NCBI GenBank assembly: GCA_963799845.1
Contig: CAWCYI010000004.1
Coordinates: 1,568,001-1,632,000 of the forward strand
DNA: 64,000 nt
Direction of reading: 5' to 3'
DNA from: an uncultured Nitrososphaerota archaeon
Lineage (GTDB): Archaea > Thermoproteota > Nitrososphaeria > Nitrososphaerales > CADDZS01
Part shown: in pieces, positions 28,291-38,724 of the stretch
How the letters are laid out: every line of letters begins with the position of its first letter
How positions within the stretch are numbered: position 1 is the stretch's first letter
Notes under the pieces: generated by a model
The model's database searches: none
The model's input: only the letters and a program-made list of their open reading frames with translations
Told to the model about the DNA's origin: nothing
Position numbers and translations under genes: made by a program

Positions 28291-29161
28291 TTAGTTGCTA
28301 TTGGTTCCATATTCTCTGGTATTTCTTTGAATGGAATCTCCAACCAGAGGACTCGTATCCCATCCAACGAAGAAAAGCACTCTGAACATCTCAACGATTG
28401 AATGACTTGTAATCAGAATCGCAGTTTCCTCTGACGGGTGAGTCATCGGATTGTCATTCGACTCAGGAATGATCATTACTTCCTTTCTATCGACCACGCA
28501 CACCCCTGCGGAACTAGTACTCGGTAGATGCCTTACCTCCGAGGTCACTTCTTTGAACTGTTCAGTGTTTGACTGAGTAATCGGCGTGAATATTCTGACC
28601 CTCACGCCCGCCTTCATTTTCTTCGATATTTCGCCCATCGCTCGCATGAGCAACACCTTTGCAGACCCCTTGTCTATCGCCGCGACAAGTATCTCACTTT
28701 CCGCATGTGTCAGCAAATGAGTCCATTTCTCATTGATTGACTTTCTGCCGGATATGATCTGAAATCTGTCTCCCCAACGCCCATCTTTTTGCTTGTCGTA
28801 TTGACGTTCTTGAGCTGAGCTTCTCACTGATTCTGCCTAGATCCGAGAGCACATCAGTTCTCGCCCTAATCAACTCACGATCGTTGCCTCTCACGACCTC
28901 CAAAACATCATCTAATAGGACAGCCTTGAATTTCATCGGTTTGCTTATGGTCGCTTCGACCATATCCCTTGATTGCAAACTCTTAAGGTCATGATACACG
29001 TCGAGCCTATGCATCCCCAGCTTGGTCGCGAGCTCCCCCGCCTTGGACTCTCCAATGACTAGGAGAGCGAAATAGATAGACGCCTCTCGCTCGGGTATTC
29101 CGAAAAGCACGAGCTCGTCCCTCGCCTTCTTGTAATCGCTGGGGAGTATGGAATCTTCCAA
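28291..29161 (-). CDS. TrmB-family transcriptional regulator (frameshift near 28800)
   Basis: N-terminal LV.FG....EA.IY.ALL..GE..A.EL.......VY..L..L...MVE....P..F HTH, then a PLD-like effector domain (AESEI, GVRVRI, VVDRKEV) in the adjacent frame. Confidence 0.82.
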
Positions 29162-29360
29162 TTTCCATAATCACGCTAGCTCAATGGCATCGTTACAGGG
29201 CACAGAGCATATCTGCAGTTTGATAAGGATTGCACGCTCAGTTCTTCTTGGATAGAGCTGAGGATCTATTCAGATCGATACGGCTTCTCTCGGACTCCTG
29301 TACATCAGAGATATTCGAGGCAATACCTCGAAACGTTAGGCGACGCAAACAGGACTGGAG

Positions 29361-29612
29361 TCATCGATTGGTAAAATTGTTTTTCAGATATATTTTCTGA
29401 CTCATCGCAGACGAGAAATCAATGTCTCGTCCGCACCTCAAACACATGTAAACACTCTCGCCTTTGACATTTTTCGAGAGCACGTGCTCTGTCCATAATT
29501 TGCAATCGTTACAATTTATTTTCAAGACTGGTTCTGCAATCATCTTGAGACTATCATAGTTTAGAGAAGATAAGCCTCCTAAAAGCTCTCGTTTGTTCAA
29601 TTTTACACGCAA
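29361..29612 (-). CDS. hypothetical small zinc-ribbon protein
   Basis: CNDC...H...CLRCG. Start uncertain. Confidence 0.45.
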   Translation of the reverse strand: MRVKLNKRELLGGLSSLNYDSLKMIAEPVLKINCNDCKLWTEHVLSKNVKGESVYMCLRCGRDIDFSSAMSQKIYLKNNFTNR

Positions 29613-29621
29613 ATCACGAGC

Positions 29622-29927
29622 ATGATAACCGCTGTAACGGAAGGTGTAAATCTCACGAAAAGTTCTGGGAGCTATCTTATGGTAATCAAGAATCCAGACG
29701 ATTCCGAAATTAGATGGTTTAACAGAAAGTTCGCCGAATCAGACAATGATCAACTGAAAACTCAGCTTCAAAATTGCAAAGAACAGCTTGCAGTAATAGA
29801 AGCCAGCATAGCGAAGAGTACCAAGTTAACTCCTCGCGGCCTCGAACTCTTGATAACGCCTAGAAATCAGCTACGACTTCGAATAGGCGAAATCGAAACG
29901 GAATTAGAAATGAGAAGTAGACATTAG
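29622..29927 (+). CDS. hypothetical coiled-coil protein
   Basis: 101-aa ORF with heptad-like helices. No motif. Confidence 0.45.
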   Translation: MITAVTEGVNLTKSSGSYLMVIKNPDDSEIRWFNRKFAESDNDQLKTQLQNCKEQLAVIEASIAKSTKLTPRGLELLITPRNQLRLRIGEIETELEMRSRH

Positions 29928-29982
29928 ATTCAGCTCTATTAAATTTGTGAGTGAGACTAGGAAAACAAGATCGCCGTGCTGC

Positions 29983-31167
29983 TCATTTTGCAATGACTTC
30001 TAGTCGTCTACCAACTCTTGCAAACGCGCTTAAACAAAAATCGAGATCTTCTCTAGTGTGAGCAGAGGATATAATGGTCCGCAATTTCGCTTTGCCTTTA
30101 GGCACTATAGGATACCCAAATGCCTGTGTATACACTCCTTCGTCGATCAATGATTTCCTGAATTGAGCTGTAGTTGATTCACCGCCTATGACAACAGGCA
30201 CGATCGGTGTCTCACTATTTCCGGTATCAAACCCTAGTGCCCCTATCGAATCTCGGAAATATTTTGCATTGCTCCACAGTCTCTCCAGCAAGAATTTTTC
30301 TTTCTGCAATACTTCTAACGCGGCGATCGCAGCAGCTGCGGAAGCTGGTGCTATGTGTCCTGTACTCTGCGAGAACGGCCTAGCTTTTCTGAACAGATAT
30401 TCTCTTAACTCTCGACTCCCAGTGACATATCCTCCGACACTCGCGAGTGCTTTCGATAGCGTACCAACTTGAATTTCCACTTTTCCATGGAGCTGGAAAT
30501 GCTCCACGCTGCCCGCTCCAGTTTCGCCGAGTACTCCTACAGCGTGAGAGTCATCGACGTAAACAATCGCAGAGTACCTTTCAGCAAGTTCAACAATTTC
30601 CGGAATGGGAGCAATATCTCCCTCCAGTGGAAACACGCTGGGAGTGATGACAAAAAGGCGACGTGCATCCTTCAATTTCTGTAAGAGGTTCTCAAGAGCT
30701 TTCATATCTCTATGCGGATAGACTTCCTGTTTAGCAGAGCTCAACTTTAGTCCGTCAAATACGCTGGCATGGTTGAATTCGTCACAGATGCAGACGTCGC
30801 CTTCCCCGGACAGTGCCCAGACAGCAGAAAGATTTGTGTCGTAGCCAGTCTGAAACGCAAGGGTGGATTCGGTTCGCTTGAATTCGGAGATCTTGTCTTC
30901 GAGTTCAAGCTGTATCTTCATTGATGCGAGGGCCCTTCCCGACCCTAGACCAGAACCGTATTTATCGAGCACCTCTTTCGCCTTTGCGATCACATATGGA
31001 TGCGTAGTCAGTCCGTGATAATTGTTTGAGCAAAGCATGATCACGTCTTTTCCGTCGACCATAGATCTACTGGCCGAAGGCCCTCCTAGCACGCCCGGCC
31101 GAGTAAAGAGGGGATTCGATGTCATCTGTTCCAATTCGTTCGCAATAGTCGGACCCAATGAATTCAT
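29983..31167 (-). CDS. class II PLP enzyme (glycine C-acetyltransferase/8-amino-7-oxononanoate synthase family)
   Basis: CSNNY.GL, DEFNHAS..DG, DDSHAVGVLG..G.G and GTLSKA (PLP Lys). Confidence 0.9.
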   Translation of the reverse strand: MNSLGPTIANELEQMTSNPLFTRPGVLGGPSASRSMVDGKDVIMLCSNNYHGLTTHPYVIAKAKEVLDKYGSGLGSGRALASMKIQLELEDKISEFKRTESTLAFQTGYDTNLSAVWALSGEGDVCICDEFNHASVFDGLKLSSAKQEVYPHRDMKALENLLQKLKDARRLFVITPSVFPLEGDIAPIPEIVELAERYSAIVYVDDSHAVGVLGETGAGSVEHFQLHGKVEIQVGTLSKALASVGGYVTGSRELREYLFRKARPFSQSTGHIAPASAAAAIAALEVLQKEKFLLERLWSNAKYFRDSIGALGFDTGNSETPIVPVVIGGESTTAQFRKSLIDEGVYTQAFGYPIVPKGKAKLRTIISSAHTREDLDFCLSAFARVGRRLEVIAK

Positions 31168-31277
31168 GATTTGGCAATTCGATTTTCACAATAAAAGAAG
31201 TTAGTGCAAAAAACCAGTTGCACAAGATGTGAGCTCGGAACTTAAACTAAAATACACAAACTTCTTCATGGGTACCG

Positions 31278-31922
31278 ATGCCAACCATAGATCTTTCACT
31301 GGATGAATTACTGACCACCACAAGGGCTGTTAGAAAGCGGCTTGATCTTACGAGACCAGTTGAGCGAAAAGTAATCGAAGAGTGCGTAAGAATTGCAACG
31401 CAAGCTCCGAGCGGTTCCAACAGTCAGGGCTGGCACTTTGTCATCGTGACCGATCCAAAATCGCGGGAAGAAATCGGAAAACTGTACAAGAAGGGTGCGG
31501 CCGAATATTTTTCGAGCGGCCCCGGTAAGATGCCAACAGAAAATAATCCAAAGTCGAGTTTATCCCGTCTAAGGGATTCCGCGATTTATCTCGTGGAAAA
31601 CATCGATAAAGTTCCGGTGCTCGTGATTCCCTGTCAGAGGGGGCGACCGGATCGACAACCAGCTTCTGAGCAGGCGGGCTTTTGGTTGTCGATAATCCCA
31701 GCGGCGTGGAGTTTTGCCCTAGCGGCGAGAGCAAGAGGACTGGGGACGGCGATAACAACATTTCACCTCGAATTCGAGGAAGAGGCTGCAAAGATACTCG
31801 GGATACCCTACAAGGAAGTGACGCAAGCTGCGCTAATACCGCTCGCGTACACGAAGGGAACCAAATTTAGACTTGGGCCACGAAAGGAAGTGACTTCCGT
31901 CATACACTGGGATCACTGGTAG
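31278..31922 (+). CDS. nitroreductase family protein
   Basis: LLTTTRAVRKRLD, QAPSGSNSQGWHF, LAARARGLG and IPLAY. Confidence 0.9.
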   Translation: MPTIDLSLDELLTTTRAVRKRLDLTRPVERKVIEECVRIATQAPSGSNSQGWHFVIVTDPKSREEIGKLYKKGAAEYFSSGPGKMPTENNPKSSLSRLRDSAIYLVENIDKVPVLVIPCQRGRPDRQPASEQAGFWLSIIPAAWSFALAARARGLGTAITTFHLEFEEEAAKILGIPYKEVTQAALIPLAYTKGTKFRLGPRKEVTSVIHWDHW

Positions 31923-31968
31923 TCACGATGAAGTCAATATAAGGCACGAAAGCAATTTCGATCGTCGG

Positions 31969-32688
31969 ATGCCAATTCCCTGCGCCAGCTGCAAGAAGGA
32001 ATGCCTTGCAGAACTCCTCGGGACCTATGTGCTCGTCACGGTCGGTCCCGGTTCCGTGATAGTCGCTTCTCTTTTTCCAAGCCTGGGCACAATAGACTCT
32101 TTGCTGTTTGTCGCGTCGGCATTCGGCACTACAGTCGGGTTGATGATTTTGCTCCTCGGAAGACACTCCGGAGCTGTGATAAATCCCGCGATCACGTTCG
32201 GCGCAACGGTTGCCAGGATTCTCAATTCGAAATATTTTGTTCCCTATCTGTTCTTTCAAGCTGTGGGAGGATTACTCGCAGGCCTTACGTTGAAAGAGTT
32301 ATTCTCTTCGACAAATACCTCGACTTTCTTGGGTTCCACGAGACTCGCAAATGGAATCACTCCTATCTTAGGAATCGTACTTGAAGCAGCTGGGACATTT
32401 GTCCTGGCACTGTCTGCTTTGATTGCATCCACCCGTCTGAAGAAGCCCGTATACCAGGGAGTTATGGTGGGTTCAACGCTTTTTATCTTGATCCTCCTTA
32501 TCGGCCCACTTACCGGCGCCGGGTTCAATCCGGCGAGAAGCCTCGGGCCGTCAGTTGCATCCGGCTATTACGAAAATCTAGGAATTTATATCGCGGGGCC
32601 GATACTGGGAGCGATGTTGGCTGGGCTTTTGTTCAGGGCAATGAAAAGCAATGTCAAGAAATCAACAAATATTATTTGTCTGTGTTGA
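31969..32688 (+). CDS. MIP-family aquaporin/aquaglyceroporin, probably As(III)-related
   Basis: AELLGT, SGAVINPAIT and TGAGFNPARSLGP (two NPA boxes). Overlaps arsC. Confidence 0.9.
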   Translation: MPIPCASCKKECLAELLGTYVLVTVGPGSVIVASLFPSLGTIDSLLFVASAFGTTVGLMILLLGRHSGAVINPAITFGATVARILNSKYFVPYLFFQAVGGLLAGLTLKELFSSTNTSTFLGSTRLANGITPILGIVLEAAGTFVLALSALIASTRLKKPVYQGVMVGSTLFILILLIGPLTGAGFNPARSLGPSVASGYYENLGIYIAGPILGAMLAGLLFRAMKSNVKKSTNIICLC

Positions 32689-33067
32689 AAACGCCGGGAG
32701 GAGCCAGATGGCTCAGGCTTTCGCAAAGAAGTACGGTTTGAACTCTTTTAGCGCGGGAACCATGCCTTCAGAGAAGGTCAACGATACCGTCGTCATGGCG
32801 ATGAAGGAAAAGGGAATTGACCTAACATCAAACAAACCCAAACTCCTCACGACCGAAATGATCAACCAGGCTACCCTCGTGATTACTATGGGCTGTTCCG
32901 TCGCTGATGTCTGCCCAAAGCCGATGCTTGCTCAAATGCAGAAAAAGTTGATCGACTGGGAACTGGAAGATCCCAAGGGAAAGCCCATAGAGAAAGTGAG
33001 TCAGATCAGGGATGACATCGAGAGAAAAGTCAAAGAACTGGCTGGGAAAGAGGCTTTCTCGCCTTGA
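32651..33067 (+). CDS. arsC: arsenate reductase (LMW-PTP type)
   Basis: LFVCVENAGRSQMA (Cx5R), SAGT, MGC....CP and W.LEDP.G. Confidence 0.9.
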   Translation: MSRNQQILFVCVENAGRSQMAQAFAKKYGLNSFSAGTMPSEKVNDTVVMAMKEKGIDLTSNKPKLLTTEMINQATLVITMGCSVADVCPKPMLAQMQKKLIDWELEDPKGKPIEKVSQIRDDIERKVKELAGKEAFSP

Positions 33068-33806
33068 TGTGGCTGCTGAAAGTCTTGAACGCATACTCGT
33101 GCGAATCGGAGTTTTCTCGTACGCTGGAATCCTGAAGCGCTTCAATCTGAACATCCGAAAATCCGGCGGAAGTTAGAAGATCTCTGTACTTTGCGGTTGA
33201 AATCGCGCCGCTGACGCAGGCAGACCAGGAATCCATGTTTGCCCTGGCAGTATCCGGAATTTCTTCATCCACCGTAATGTCAGCTACTGCAAGAATTCCG
33301 TTTGGCTTCAACACCCTGAAGACTTCCTCGAACACCCTTCTCTTGTCAGGCGAGAGATTGATCACGCAGTTTGAGACGACATAATCGATGCTGTTAGATT
33401 GAATCGGGAGATTTTCGATCTCGCCCAGTCTAAATTCCACGTTCCTGTATTTTCCTCCATACTTTCCGGCAGTCTCCCGCGCGCGCAAGATCATTTCGGG
33501 AGTTGCGTCAACCCCAATCGCCCTTCCCGATTCACCAACAAGCTGGGATGCCCTAAACACATCTATCCCCCCGCCGCTACCCAGGTCCAGCACCGTGTCT
33601 CCTTCCTTTGGATTTATGAGAAGCAGTGGAGATCCGCACCCGGCATTTATCGACACTGCCTCAGCTGGAATACTCTCTCCAATCGAGATTAACTGCGAAC
33701 CGCCGCAACAACCATCATCGCCACAAGTGGAATCATCGGACATCGCCAATCTGCCATATCTTTCTCTGACTGCCTTCCTCACGTCCAGTTCAGAATTATC
33801 CGGCAT
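33030..33806 (-). CDS. arsM: arsenite S-adenosylmethyltransferase
   Basis: VRERY, N-terminal C...CC, GCGSP, VLDLGSGGGID, GEIENLP, SNCVINLSPDK and WSACVSGA. Confidence 0.92.
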   Translation of the reverse strand: MPDNSELDVRKAVRERYGRLAMSDDSTCGDDGCCGGSQLISIGESIPAEAVSINAGCGSPLLLINPKEGDTVLDLGSGGGIDVFRASQLVGESGRAIGVDATPEMILRARETAGKYGGKYRNVEFRLGEIENLPIQSNSIDYVVSNCVINLSPDKRRVFEEVFRVLKPNGILAVADITVDEEIPDTARANMDSWSACVSGAISTAKYRDLLTSAGFSDVQIEALQDSSVRENSDSHEYAFKTFSSHIKARKPLSQPVL

Positions 33807-33837
33807 TTTCTACACCTAACTAACGCGAACAGGGCTC

Positions 33838-34071
33838 TTATTGACTACCAGAAAATCCCGCGTATTTGCCGTCTTTCAATTTCTCGATGACTCGATGCAC
33901 TGCGAGCCTTCGCAGAATCCGGGATAGCACCTCCTGATGCAGCTCCGAATTGCGCTTCAGCTCGGAAAAAGAAACTGGCGTTGAATTTGTGCAAATATCA
34001 TTGCAGACTTCGTATTCCCTGTCAGTCAGCTCGACGCAATTTCCGGTAATTGAGTTGCAGCAAAATGGCAT
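33838..34071 (-). CDS. small Cys-rich winged-HTH protein
   Basis: FCC...C N-terminus, then SFSELKR...LHQEVLSRILRRL....IEK..GKY. Lies immediately upstream of arsM. Confidence 0.65.
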   Translation of the reverse strand: MPFCCNSITGNCVELTDREYEVCNDICTNSTPVSFSELKRNSELHQEVLSRILRRLAVHRVIEKLKDGKYAGFSGSQ

Positions 34072-34375
34072 TGAACTTACTCGGTGCTGACTGATATTTA
34101 TTGACTACATTAATGATCTTCCAGAGGCTGATAGGGCGCTTGGCTGGCCAGATTCTCCCAGTTCTCTCCGCAATTCTGTCAAAACCGCCTTCAAGAATCG
34201 AGTTATTTTCTTGCAAGATCTTTGGCAGTTTTTAAAACTAGTTCCCTTTGATTCTTAAACGAAGGAGCGATTAACATGCGTCTGGTTTCTAAAAATTACT
34301 CGGTAGCATGATTTAGTCTTATGAGACGATTTTGCAAAAGATGCAAACCCTGCCTACTCTCACGTGGGAAGTCGA

Positions 34376-34404
34376 AAGGGGGAGATAACTTGAATCTCCC
34401 TCTT
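34376..34404. terminator. stem-loop downstream of the Asp-box protein gene
   Basis: AAGGGGGAGAT-aacttga-ATCTCCCTCTT, an 11-bp stem with one imperfect pair, 18 nt past the stop codon at 34422. Confidence 0.45.
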
Positions 34405-34421
34405 ACCTTACGAGTCTCCTA

Positions 34422-35912
34422 TTAGGAAGATGAGAAGTATATCTGCGAGTTTGCAGTTGAGGAAGGCTGATACTGCCAACAGGCGAATGCGGCGGAGCCG
34501 AAGCTCATTACCCAGCCCGTCGAAACATCATTGGCGTTTGCCGCAGTTCCCGTTGGATTGTTCGAGATATTAATCCCTGGCGCCGCTACAAAACTGGAAC
34601 CGTTGTTGGTGCTGTACGAAGCATAAGTTACCCAGTGGCCGTTTGAGACTTCCCTTCCCCAGATTGCGAAAACGTCGTTGCCCGCTGATGCTACGTTCAA
34701 TGATGTGCCGATGTCTGTCGAAGTACCGCTGATGGCTATCGGGCTTCCGAAAGTAGTGGCTTGATTATTCGAGACGTAGACATAGTTCTGCGCTGAGCCG
34801 CTGGCCGGGTGAACTGTCACCGTGATGTAAACATTGTTACCCCAAGCAGCTATCTTTGGCCCCCACGTGTCCGTCAGTGTTTTACTTAGTTCTGTCGCCG
34901 CACTGAATGTGGCGCCAGAGTCCCTGCTTACCACGTATTGAACCATGCTCGCACTAGTCTTCGTCTCCCAGGCGGCGTACACATTGTTGCCCCACGCTGC
35001 TATCCATGACTCGGACATCGTCACTGGCAGGCCGCCGGGGTTACCGGAGTTTCCTGGTATGGTTCTATCTGACCACGTCAGACCATTGTTGTTACTAACA
35101 ACGAGTCCCTGGTTCGAGATGCCGTAAGCGTTCGAACCCCACGCCGCAAGCTGCGGCTCGTGGAATAAACCGTAGTTGAACGTTGGATACCAACTTACGC
35201 CCGCGTTGCTGCTGCCCTCCACGTATGATAAGCTGCCGCATGCTTCAGCTACGTAGACATCATTCCCCCACGATGCGATGACGGGCGTTAGACACTGAAG
35301 CGATGCCTCGCCGTCAATGTCCTTGGGTGTGCTGAACGTTGCACCATAATTGGTGCTGACAGTGAAGAATATTTGCTGAACGGCACCGACGTTTTGGGTC
35401 CACGCGACATACACGTTCGAACCGTTTGCAGAAATTACAGGATATTGTCGACCACCCGTACCCGAACTGATTTTGAGCGATGGAGAGGCTAGCGGGGGAC
35501 TCCAACTCCCACTGGTGCCATTATCGGAGCCTGCCCTAAAGAATATGCCTCCCTTTCCTTCGGTCCAAACTACGTACACGTGACTTCCCACATTGGCGTC
35601 CATGGGCTCTATCGCGCTTCCCTTATCGTTACTCAAATTAAATGCAGATGAAAAGACAGGAGCGGCAATAGCTGAAACAGACGACGAGGCATATGCCGAT
35701 CCAAGAAATAAGAGGGACAAAACGAGAAAAAGTGATGCCAAACTTGCCGATAGTGGGGCTGAAAATCGTGGTTCCATATGTTTCACTTGTACTAACCGCA
35801 ACATTTTCTCTTTTCTCATCCATTGACTTTCATCGGACAACTTTAGCGGTAAAGAACCGGACATAACTTTTGATATCCCGTCTCGACCGACAAATGAGCT
35901 CGTATTTATCAT
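34422..35912 (-). CDS. exported BNR/Asp-box repeat (sialidase-like propeller) protein
   Basis: Repeated NVYVAW and SxD/NxGxTF/W motifs (STNYGATFS, SSNAGVSW, SNNNGLTW, SRDSGATFS, STNNGSSF) after a signal-like segment. The true start is probably nearer 35777. Confidence 0.85.
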   Translation of the reverse strand: MINTSSFVGRDGISKVMSGSLPLKLSDESQWMRKEKMLRLVQVKHMEPRFSAPLSASLASLFLVLSLLFLGSAYASSSVSAIAAPVFSSAFNLSNDKGSAIEPMDANVGSHVYVVWTEGKGGIFFRAGSDNGTSGSWSPPLASPSLKISSGTGGRQYPVISANGSNVYVAWTQNVGAVQQIFFTVSTNYGATFSTPKDIDGEASLQCLTPVIASWGNDVYVAEACGSLSYVEGSSNAGVSWYPTFNYGLFHEPQLAAWGSNAYGISNQGLVVSNNNGLTWSDRTIPGNSGNPGGLPVTMSESWIAAWGNNVYAAWETKTSASMVQYVVSRDSGATFSAATELSKTLTDTWGPKIAAWGNNVYITVTVHPASGSAQNYVYVSNNQATTFGSPIAISGTSTDIGTSLNVASAGNDVFAIWGREVSNGHWVTYASYSTNNGSSFVAAPGINISNNPTGTAANANDVSTGWVMSFGSAAFACWQYQPSSTANSQIYFSSS

Positions 35913-36074
35913 GGCCTATCGAAATACGATACTTATCTAGATCAACCGTCACCGGATCCTAGTCGTGGTTTATTGCCAAGGCATCTCCAACGCAAGAGAA
36001 AAAAGATCTAGCCGCCTTCAAAGGATGTGGACTGTTCTCTTCTGCATCTCTTCATCTATACCTCGATCCATATC

Positions 36075-36425
36075 TCACTTTGGAAGAGAATCACCGGGAA
36101 AACTTCGTGTTGGATGAATTTCGTAGACGAAGATGCCAGCTTTCACGCCCAGGTCATCGTCGTATATCCTTCTTGTCTCCTCCAGATCCGTCGCGAAAAC
36201 GCCGACACCGCTTACGTCGCTCTCGTCCCTGATGGCGCAAATCACGCAGAGTTTCCCGTCTCTGCGCAGCTCAAAGTTCCTGCGACCGTGCTCGCGGACG
36301 ATTTTGTCCATGCCAGGCTCGCTAAACTTGGCAGTCTTGTGCAAAATCATGACAGTGAACGGCCTGGTCTTCCCCAGCATTTCCTGCATGTAGGCGTCGG
36401 TGATTGGCTGAGGTGTAGCGGACAA
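36075..36425 (-). CDS. YCII-related domain protein
   Basis: EH......LR.DGKL, GVGVF and DD.GVKAGIF.YEIHP. Confidence 0.7.
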   Translation of the reverse strand: MSATPQPITDAYMQEMLGKTRPFTVMILHKTAKFSEPGMDKIVREHGRRNFELRRDGKLCVICAIRDESDVSGVGVFATDLEETRRIYDDDLGVKAGIFVYEIHPTRSFPGDSLPK

Positions 36426-36441
36426 GTTGTTTGAAACGCTC

Positions 36442-36843
36442 CTAAGCCAGTTGCGAGAACTCCCCCATGATGATTGGGTGCTCGGTTGTCAACTGCGAAA
36501 GTTCTCCCCACAGAGGCCCAGCTTCTGCATCATTCCCAATTTCAGCGACGATTCTCGCGAATTCACTCGCGTCTTGGTAGGAATCCACTTCGATCCAGAC
36601 TTCTTCGTCCGCCGTTGTGCCCAGAGGTTTCTCGAAGCTGGAGAATCCCTCAAAGACGTTTGTCTTACCCAACTGGTAGATTCTCGATCCCAGCATTCCG
36701 TGCCTCTTGTATATCCTGCGCAGTTTTTCTTGCAGGTCCAGCAAGGCTTTGTGATTTCTCTTCGATATTCTGTACACGAAGATCTGCGAGTAGGTGCCGC
36801 TTTCTATTTTCTCGTTCTTCAATCCTGTGCTTGATTGAGTCAT
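36442..36843 (-). CDS. DUF1428-like dimeric alpha/beta barrel protein
   Basis: Y.QIFVYRI.K.NH, HG.L, EEVW....SY and GEF. Confidence 0.6.
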   Translation of the reverse strand: MTQSSTGLKNEKIESGTYSQIFVYRISKRNHKALLDLQEKLRRIYKRHGMLGSRIYQLGKTNVFEGFSSFEKPLGTTADEEVWIEVDSYQDASEFARIVAEIGNDAEAGPLWGELSQLTTEHPIIMGEFSQLA

Positions 36844-36875
36844 GGTCCCCAGTATACAAATGATATTAGTTAAAT

Positions 36876-37340
36876 ATGGAAGGAACCAAAAGTATAGCGG
36901 TATTTAATTTGGACGATCTTGAATCGCGGGATGAAGAACCGCCTCTCCTTCCGTCGGTCAAATTCCAGAACTGTCCAATAAGGACAAGCCTCGGGGTGCT
37001 GGGAAAGAAATGGACGCTCCTCGTACTCCGAGACATTGCTTTTCTGAAGATTCAGAGGTTCAACCAGATTCTGCGTTCGCTACCGGGACTGACCCCGAGG
37101 GTCCTTATTATGAGACTCAACGAGCTCGAAGAGACGGGACTAATCGAGCCTGTAATCATCCAACGCAGACCCAAATTGGTGCGCTGGGTTCTGACGCAAA
37201 AGGGGAAAGACACCGTTCCAATCCTCATGAGCTTTATCTCTTACGGTGTGAAGTGGTATCCGGATGTCGTGTTTGAGGATAAGCAGGCGCGCACTGTGAA
37301 GGAACTATTCCCAAAGATGCCCTCGATCAAGATCAATTGA
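36876..37340 (+). CDS. HxlR-family transcriptional regulator
   Basis: CPI..SLGVLGKKWTLLVLR, RFN.I..SLPGLTPRVL..RL.ELE..GLI and LT.KG. Confidence 0.9.
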   Translation: MEGTKSIAVFNLDDLESRDEEPPLLPSVKFQNCPIRTSLGVLGKKWTLLVLRDIAFLKIQRFNQILRSLPGLTPRVLIMRLNELEETGLIEPVIIQRRPKLVRWVLTQKGKDTVPILMSFISYGVKWYPDVVFEDKQARTVKELFPKMPSIKIN

Positions 37341-37401
37341 ATGAGTTCGAAGAAGAGTTCGTAGCTTCAGGATCTAACAATTACGATCCAGTATTGTTGC
37401 A

Positions 37402-38679
37402 TCAAGTCTTCGGTACTCTTGCACTTCGAGTTAATCTGAGTCTCAAAAATCTGAGTGAAAGGCCGACAATCAATGTCGCGATCCCGATCGCCAGTTCTAT
37501 TGGTGCCAAGGAAAAAGCGAGTGCGAGGCAGCCGATCAATCCTGCCACCGATAGCGCTTGGGGAAATGTCCTTTGATCTTTTTTCAAGCGGAGTGCAGAT
37601 AGGTTGGCGATAGTGTAGTATAGCAGCGTCCCGAAGCTGGAAATAGCGACCGCACCTGCAAATGGAGCAAACGCTGCGACTATTATCGCAACCACTCCGA
37701 CAAGAAGAACGCTCCGCCACGGATTCTGATCTGCGCCCAGCTTTGAGAAATTCCTGGGCAGATCGCTCTGCCTGCTCATTGCAAATGCCACACGGGAAAC
37801 GCCTAACAGGTCGGACAACCCCTCGTTGAAAGTCGTGAGCAGCGCTCCGGCAGCGATTATCACGATACCGATTCCGCTACCAACGGCAATCATGGTGGCT
37901 TCAAGTGGAGAGGTCGACTTGGCGAGAGCCGGCGCACCCAAGACTCCCAGGGCAGTTATTGCGACAAGGATGTAGAGTGTAGTCGCCGTTCCGAGTGCCG
38001 CGACCGTGGCCCGCGGGATAGTGTATCTCGGATTATGAACTTCCTCGACGAGAGTCGCAATTCGGCTGTACCCGGTATATGCAAAGAAGAGTAGTGCAGT
38101 CGCGCGCAAAATACCTCTGATACCATAAGGCGCGAAAGGCGATAGATTGGAAGAAAGGTGTGTCTGCGGTAGTCCGATGACGACAAACGCCAGGAGCGAT
38201 AGAATCGAAAGGATCACAACGACGTCAGTGATGCGAACCGAGCGACGGATTCCCGCTGCGTTGATCGAGGTCATGACGAGCGCCGCGATGACTGCCGCCA
38301 CCCGCGCCGGAACAATCCCCCAGACCGCATTCACGTAACCTCCGAATGCCAGAGCAATCACTCCTGGCCCTACGGTATTTGCGACCAGGAACATCCAGCC
38401 GGCGCTGTATCCCCACCATTCGCCGAGCAGTCTCCTCCCAAATTCGTACGTTCCGCCTGTTCTGGGAAGTACCGCTGCCATCTGGGCGGATGAAATAGCA
38501 TTGCAGAATGCCACGAATGCTGCAATCACCAGTGAAATCAAAAGGGCAGGCCCAGCGATCCCGGCAGCCGGAGCAATCACGGCGAAAATCCCCGCGCCAA
38601 GGATGGCTGCAAGGCCGGTTGCAATTGCATCAAAAAAATTGAGCTGGGGCTTGAGAACGGGCTCCTTATTTTCCCCCAT
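37402..38679 (-). CDS. APC-family amino acid permease
   Basis: ILGAGIF, P.TGG.Y, FFAYTGY..IATL.EEV.NP...IPRA and SRVAFAM; about 12 TM helices. Confidence 0.92.
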   Translation of the reverse strand: MGENKEPVLKPQLNFFDAIATGLAAILGAGIFAVIAPAAGIAGPALLISLVIAAFVAFCNAISSAQMAAVLPRTGGTYEFGRRLLGEWWGYSAGWMFLVANTVGPGVIALAFGGYVNAVWGIVPARVAAVIAALVMTSINAAGIRRSVRITDVVVILSILSLLAFVVIGLPQTHLSSNLSPFAPYGIRGILRATALLFFAYTGYSRIATLVEEVHNPRYTIPRATVAALGTATTLYILVAITALGVLGAPALAKSTSPLEATMIAVGSGIGIVIIAAGALLTTFNEGLSDLLGVSRVAFAMSRQSDLPRNFSKLGADQNPWRSVLLVGVVAIIVAAFAPFAGAVAISSFGTLLYYTIANLSALRLKKDQRTFPQALSVAGLIGCLALAFSLAPIELAIGIATLIVGLSLRFLRLRLTRSARVPKT

Positions 38680-38724
38680 GGCCTGTCCAGCAGGCTTGCC
38701 GATTGAAACTAAAAGATATCGTTC

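Noticed and set aside
29314-29332. Perfect 7-bp inverted repeat TTCGAGG-N5-CCTCGAA
   Set aside because: It is a single short palindrome with no second copy or supporting context; several such are expected by chance in 64 kb.
32521-32540. tRNA T-loop-like GGGTTCAATCC
   Set aside because: It is the coding sequence of the aquaporin GFNPARS motif and no cloverleaf surrounds it.
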